A stretch of 26,835 bases of DNA from Rhodothermales bacterium. Lineage in GTDB: Bacteria > Bacteroidota > Rhodothermia > Rhodothermales > VXPQ01. Below are positions 26,265-26,835 of the stretch, piece after piece. The notes under the pieces were generated by a model. That model had not been told where the DNA came from. It saw nothing but the letters and a program-made list of their open reading frames with translations, and did no database searches. Positions within the stretch are counted from its first letter, which is position 1. The number at the start of each line of letters is the position of its first letter. Made by a program: the position numbers and the translations under genes. Location: positions 1 through 26,835 of the forward strand of contig JBBDTI010000062.1 of NCBI GenBank assembly GCA_040904565.1, given 5' to 3'.

Positions 26265-26746
26265 AAGGCCTTACAGCGTGTGCTTGTGGTATATATACAC
26301 GGCGCTACCCCCGTATACCTAATGCGAGAAGAGGCAGGCCTGGGTACTCGAGAAAATCTCTCACCGCGCCGCCGTTCGGAATCGTGGTAAACGGACTCCG
26401 CGGCTCAGTTAAAGTAACACATCAGGTGAGGTCGAGCCGATTCAAACCGGTCGATCCCGCCCCCTTCAGGGACGTACGTGTTTGGCACGTTGTAAATGGG
26501 GAGGCGTCTGGTAGTTCCATGTCGATGGACTGCCGTTCGAGATCGGTAATCCATCGACGTTTCTGGTCCGGTCGGCCGTCGTGGCGCGAGGGGTTCGGAA
26601 TGCAGCAACCGGTAGGCCTACGGTCGGGCGTGGACGGAACCCGAGGACCTCAGCGGTATATCAGCGATGCGGTTCCGGCCGCTTTATTTATGCGCCGATT
26701 TTGCCGTCGCAGAATCCCCGCGGGAGCCAATCTTTAGTACACATAC

Positions 26747-26835
26747 ATGTCTGACGACAGGCAGAGCCGGATACGGAATTTCTGCATTATTGCTCATATC
26801 GATCATGGCAAGAGTACGCTGGCCGATCGACTCCT
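26747..26835 (+). CDS. lepA: Elongation factor 4 (LepA), 5' fragment running off the window
   Basis: [29 protein letters not shown], the LepA G1 motif; not in the ORF track because it is truncated. Confidence 0.92.
   Translation, partial: MSDDRQSRIRNFCIIAHIDHGKSTLADRL

Overview
A GC-rich (about 60% by eye) bacterial chromosomal segment, mostly housekeeping genes. Gene order and protein types (ileS type 2-dksA-lspA, yggS-divIVA-pnp, ECF-FecR-TonB receptor) suggest the FCB group, most likely a Rhodothermota-like organism; this is inference. Left to right: initiator tRNA-Met (-); DUF1015-serA-like-serC; three-gene NAD(P) transhydrogenase pntAA-pntAB-pntB; a lipoprotein TesA-type esterase divergent from a YbbA/YbbP-type ABC transporter; yggS-divIVA-purine nucleoside phosphorylase-four-helix-bundle protein; a decayed heme oxygenase-bacteriophytochrome (bphO-bphP) pair; ileS-dksA-lspA; a minus-strand ECF sigma-FecR-TonB-dependent transducer module; and the 5' end of lepA. 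I found no CRISPR array, transposase, integrase, phage gene or reverse transcriptase. The best candidate for an undescribed system is the serB-less serine cluster. It has a ParB/SerK-like DGHHR protein, a dehydrogenase with an NADP-type fingerprint and an adjacent transhydrogenase, which may form a kinase-based, reversible serine/3-phosphoglycerate route. Also notable are the collapsed phytochrome operon and a strong terminator about 40 nt upstream of the TonB receptor start.
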